This document shows positions 62,548-64,000 of a stretch of DNA of 64,000 nt, one piece after another; position 1 is the first letter of the stretch, and the number at the start of each line of letters is the position of its first letter. A program made the position numbers and the translations under genes. Where the stretch lies: the NCBI GenBank assembly GCA_000182565.2, contig KQ257453.1; one strand, given 5' to 3'. The notes beneath the pieces were generated by a model. That model ran no database searches and was not told where the DNA came from. It worked only from the letters and a program-made list of their open reading frames with translations. The DNA comes from Spizellomyces punctatus DAOM BR117. Its lineage: Eukaryota.

Positions 62548-64000
62548 ATGGACGATTCATCCTACAGAGATCCCAAAGTTGGTGGGATGGTCTCAACCGC
62601 GAGCCGTCGGATGAGCCTTGTCGGTGTGATGGCCAATACGCGAGCGAGACGGATAAGCTCCATGGGTACTCAACTGGATCCTGCTGCCATGGCTGCTGTT
62701 GTCGAGGCGCATAGAGAAAAAAAAATTGACAGTGAAAATGCGTCGGATGATGATATGGATGAGGCGGGTGTGTTGCCTGGGGGCGTTGGAGGTAGGACGC
62801 ATTAGTGGAGCTGTGTGGGCGAAGTGTGCTTTCTGAGCAACATGTATCATTATTTAGCAGCATCTAAACGACCTGGCCGCTACGATGCACTTACCGTTCT
62901 CCAAAAGGTAACCTCAGACGGCCGAACTGACCGTCCCCGTCGCAGCAGTGACCTCGTAGGGCGCTGGGACACTACCCGTTCCCGTGCCGGTTCCATCGCC
63001 GTTCGCTCACTTGCCCCCGATGATACCTCTGATCCCATCACCACTCGAAAAACACCTACATCTCTCTGGAGCGGAGACGAAACAGCCGATCTCCACCAAT
63101 CCCATACACACCAACATGAGCAACTCACTGTTGATTCTTCTATTGACGACATCCGGGAGTACGGCGCATCTGTGCTTCACCCCGGAAAAGTCCTCGGCGT
63201 TCTTCCTGATGAGTACGACCGAGACGTTTACACCGAGTTTGATGAACTGTGTAACGAGATGCTGACGGTGCTGGGTGAATTTGAGACGGCGCTGGAGGAA
63301 ATGACGATTTGGAAGGACGATTTTTTGAGACAGACTGTGCCTTCCAATATCAAACTACAGCTGACCTTACTGTTTGCAAGATTGTTTCGCAGGTATGTTG
63401 TTATTTTCCTAAATATGTTGTTGAATGAGGGATCTGAAGAACGTAGATCACGTCAGTAAGTCAGAGCTCCATGAACCGGTGTTTGAGTTGGTCAAGCAAG
63501 TACGAGTCTACTCTCGACCATGGCTGGACAAGCGATATGCTCTGGTTGAATTGGAAAAAGACTACCAAAGGTGACATGACATTTACCGTTGACAAGCTGG
63601 CATGGGTCGGATCGACTCAAACCTGTTGGGCGTTTAGACAATGCCACATTATCAATGTCGCAATTCGCAAAATGGAGCAAATGCAATTACAGGTACGATC
63701 TCCAACGTCAATATTAGCTACAGTCGTTGAGCATCATACTGATTGAATGGCAGGTGGAACGCATCCGGAGCGAAAAGCGGGTGGCATTGTGGGAGAGAGT
63801 TACAAAGCGGCTGATGGTTTGTTTATGCGACTATGATTTGGATCGTAGAATCCTTGCCTAACGAAAGCAATACAGGACCTTTTTCCAGATTACGGAGAGC
63901 AATTTGTCACTGTGGAAGTGTAAGAGTCCTGGTCGGAAATGTCTCAGTCGCACCCTTATTCATGTTTATCACTAGTCCGGAAGAATCCGCTACTGAACCT
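62548..64000 (+). CDS. Hypothetical helical/coiled-coil protein, multi-exon, runs off the window end
   Basis: In-frame spliced exons MDDSSYRDPK...-ASKRPGRY...KLQLTLLFARLFR-SKSELHEPVFELVKQVRVYSRPW...-QCHIINVAIRKMEQMQLQ-VERIRSEKRVALWERVTKRLM. Confidence 0.75.

Noticed and set aside
1-64000. Fanzor/TnpB or other transposase or reverse transcriptase, looked for because the host appears to be a chytrid
   Set aside because: No RuvC, DDE transposase or YxDD motifs were recognised in the translations. Short non-coding ghost copies cannot be excluded by eye.

Overview
Gene-dense, intron-rich eukaryotic genomic DNA with short GT-AG introns (mostly about 50-90 nt) and one N gap at 48459-48751. Fungal-type genes (Bud6/Aip3, a YPR097W/Lec1-like PX protein, a YOL075C-like full-size ABCG) sit alongside ciliary genes (NPHP4, CFAP119/C1a-32). 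This points to a flagellated early-diverging fungus; a Spizellomycetales-like chytrid is my inference. About 22 protein genes and one tRNA-Gln(CTG) can be traced. Exon boundaries were inferred by eye and family calls come from recalled motifs, not database searches. The most notable observations are: (1) a five-intron gene for a prokaryote-type 2TM K+-channel-family protein, a candidate horizontal transfer; (2) a stand-alone spliced RNase H with intact D-E-D-D and an unusual basic N-terminus, head-to-head with a mini zinc-finger gene beside a tRNA; (3) a Gli/Zic-like zinc-finger factor carrying six HxRxxS (NDR/LATS-type) motifs; (4) a non-coding array of ~130-bp units with a distant inverted copy; (5) a phytochelatin synthase with a mitochondrial-type presequence and three TCACGTG boxes upstream; (6) an Apc4-like gene remnant; (7) a possible antisense CDS overlap with the last exon of NPHP4. 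No CRISPR array, intact transposase, reverse transcriptase or Fanzor/TnpB gene was recognised.
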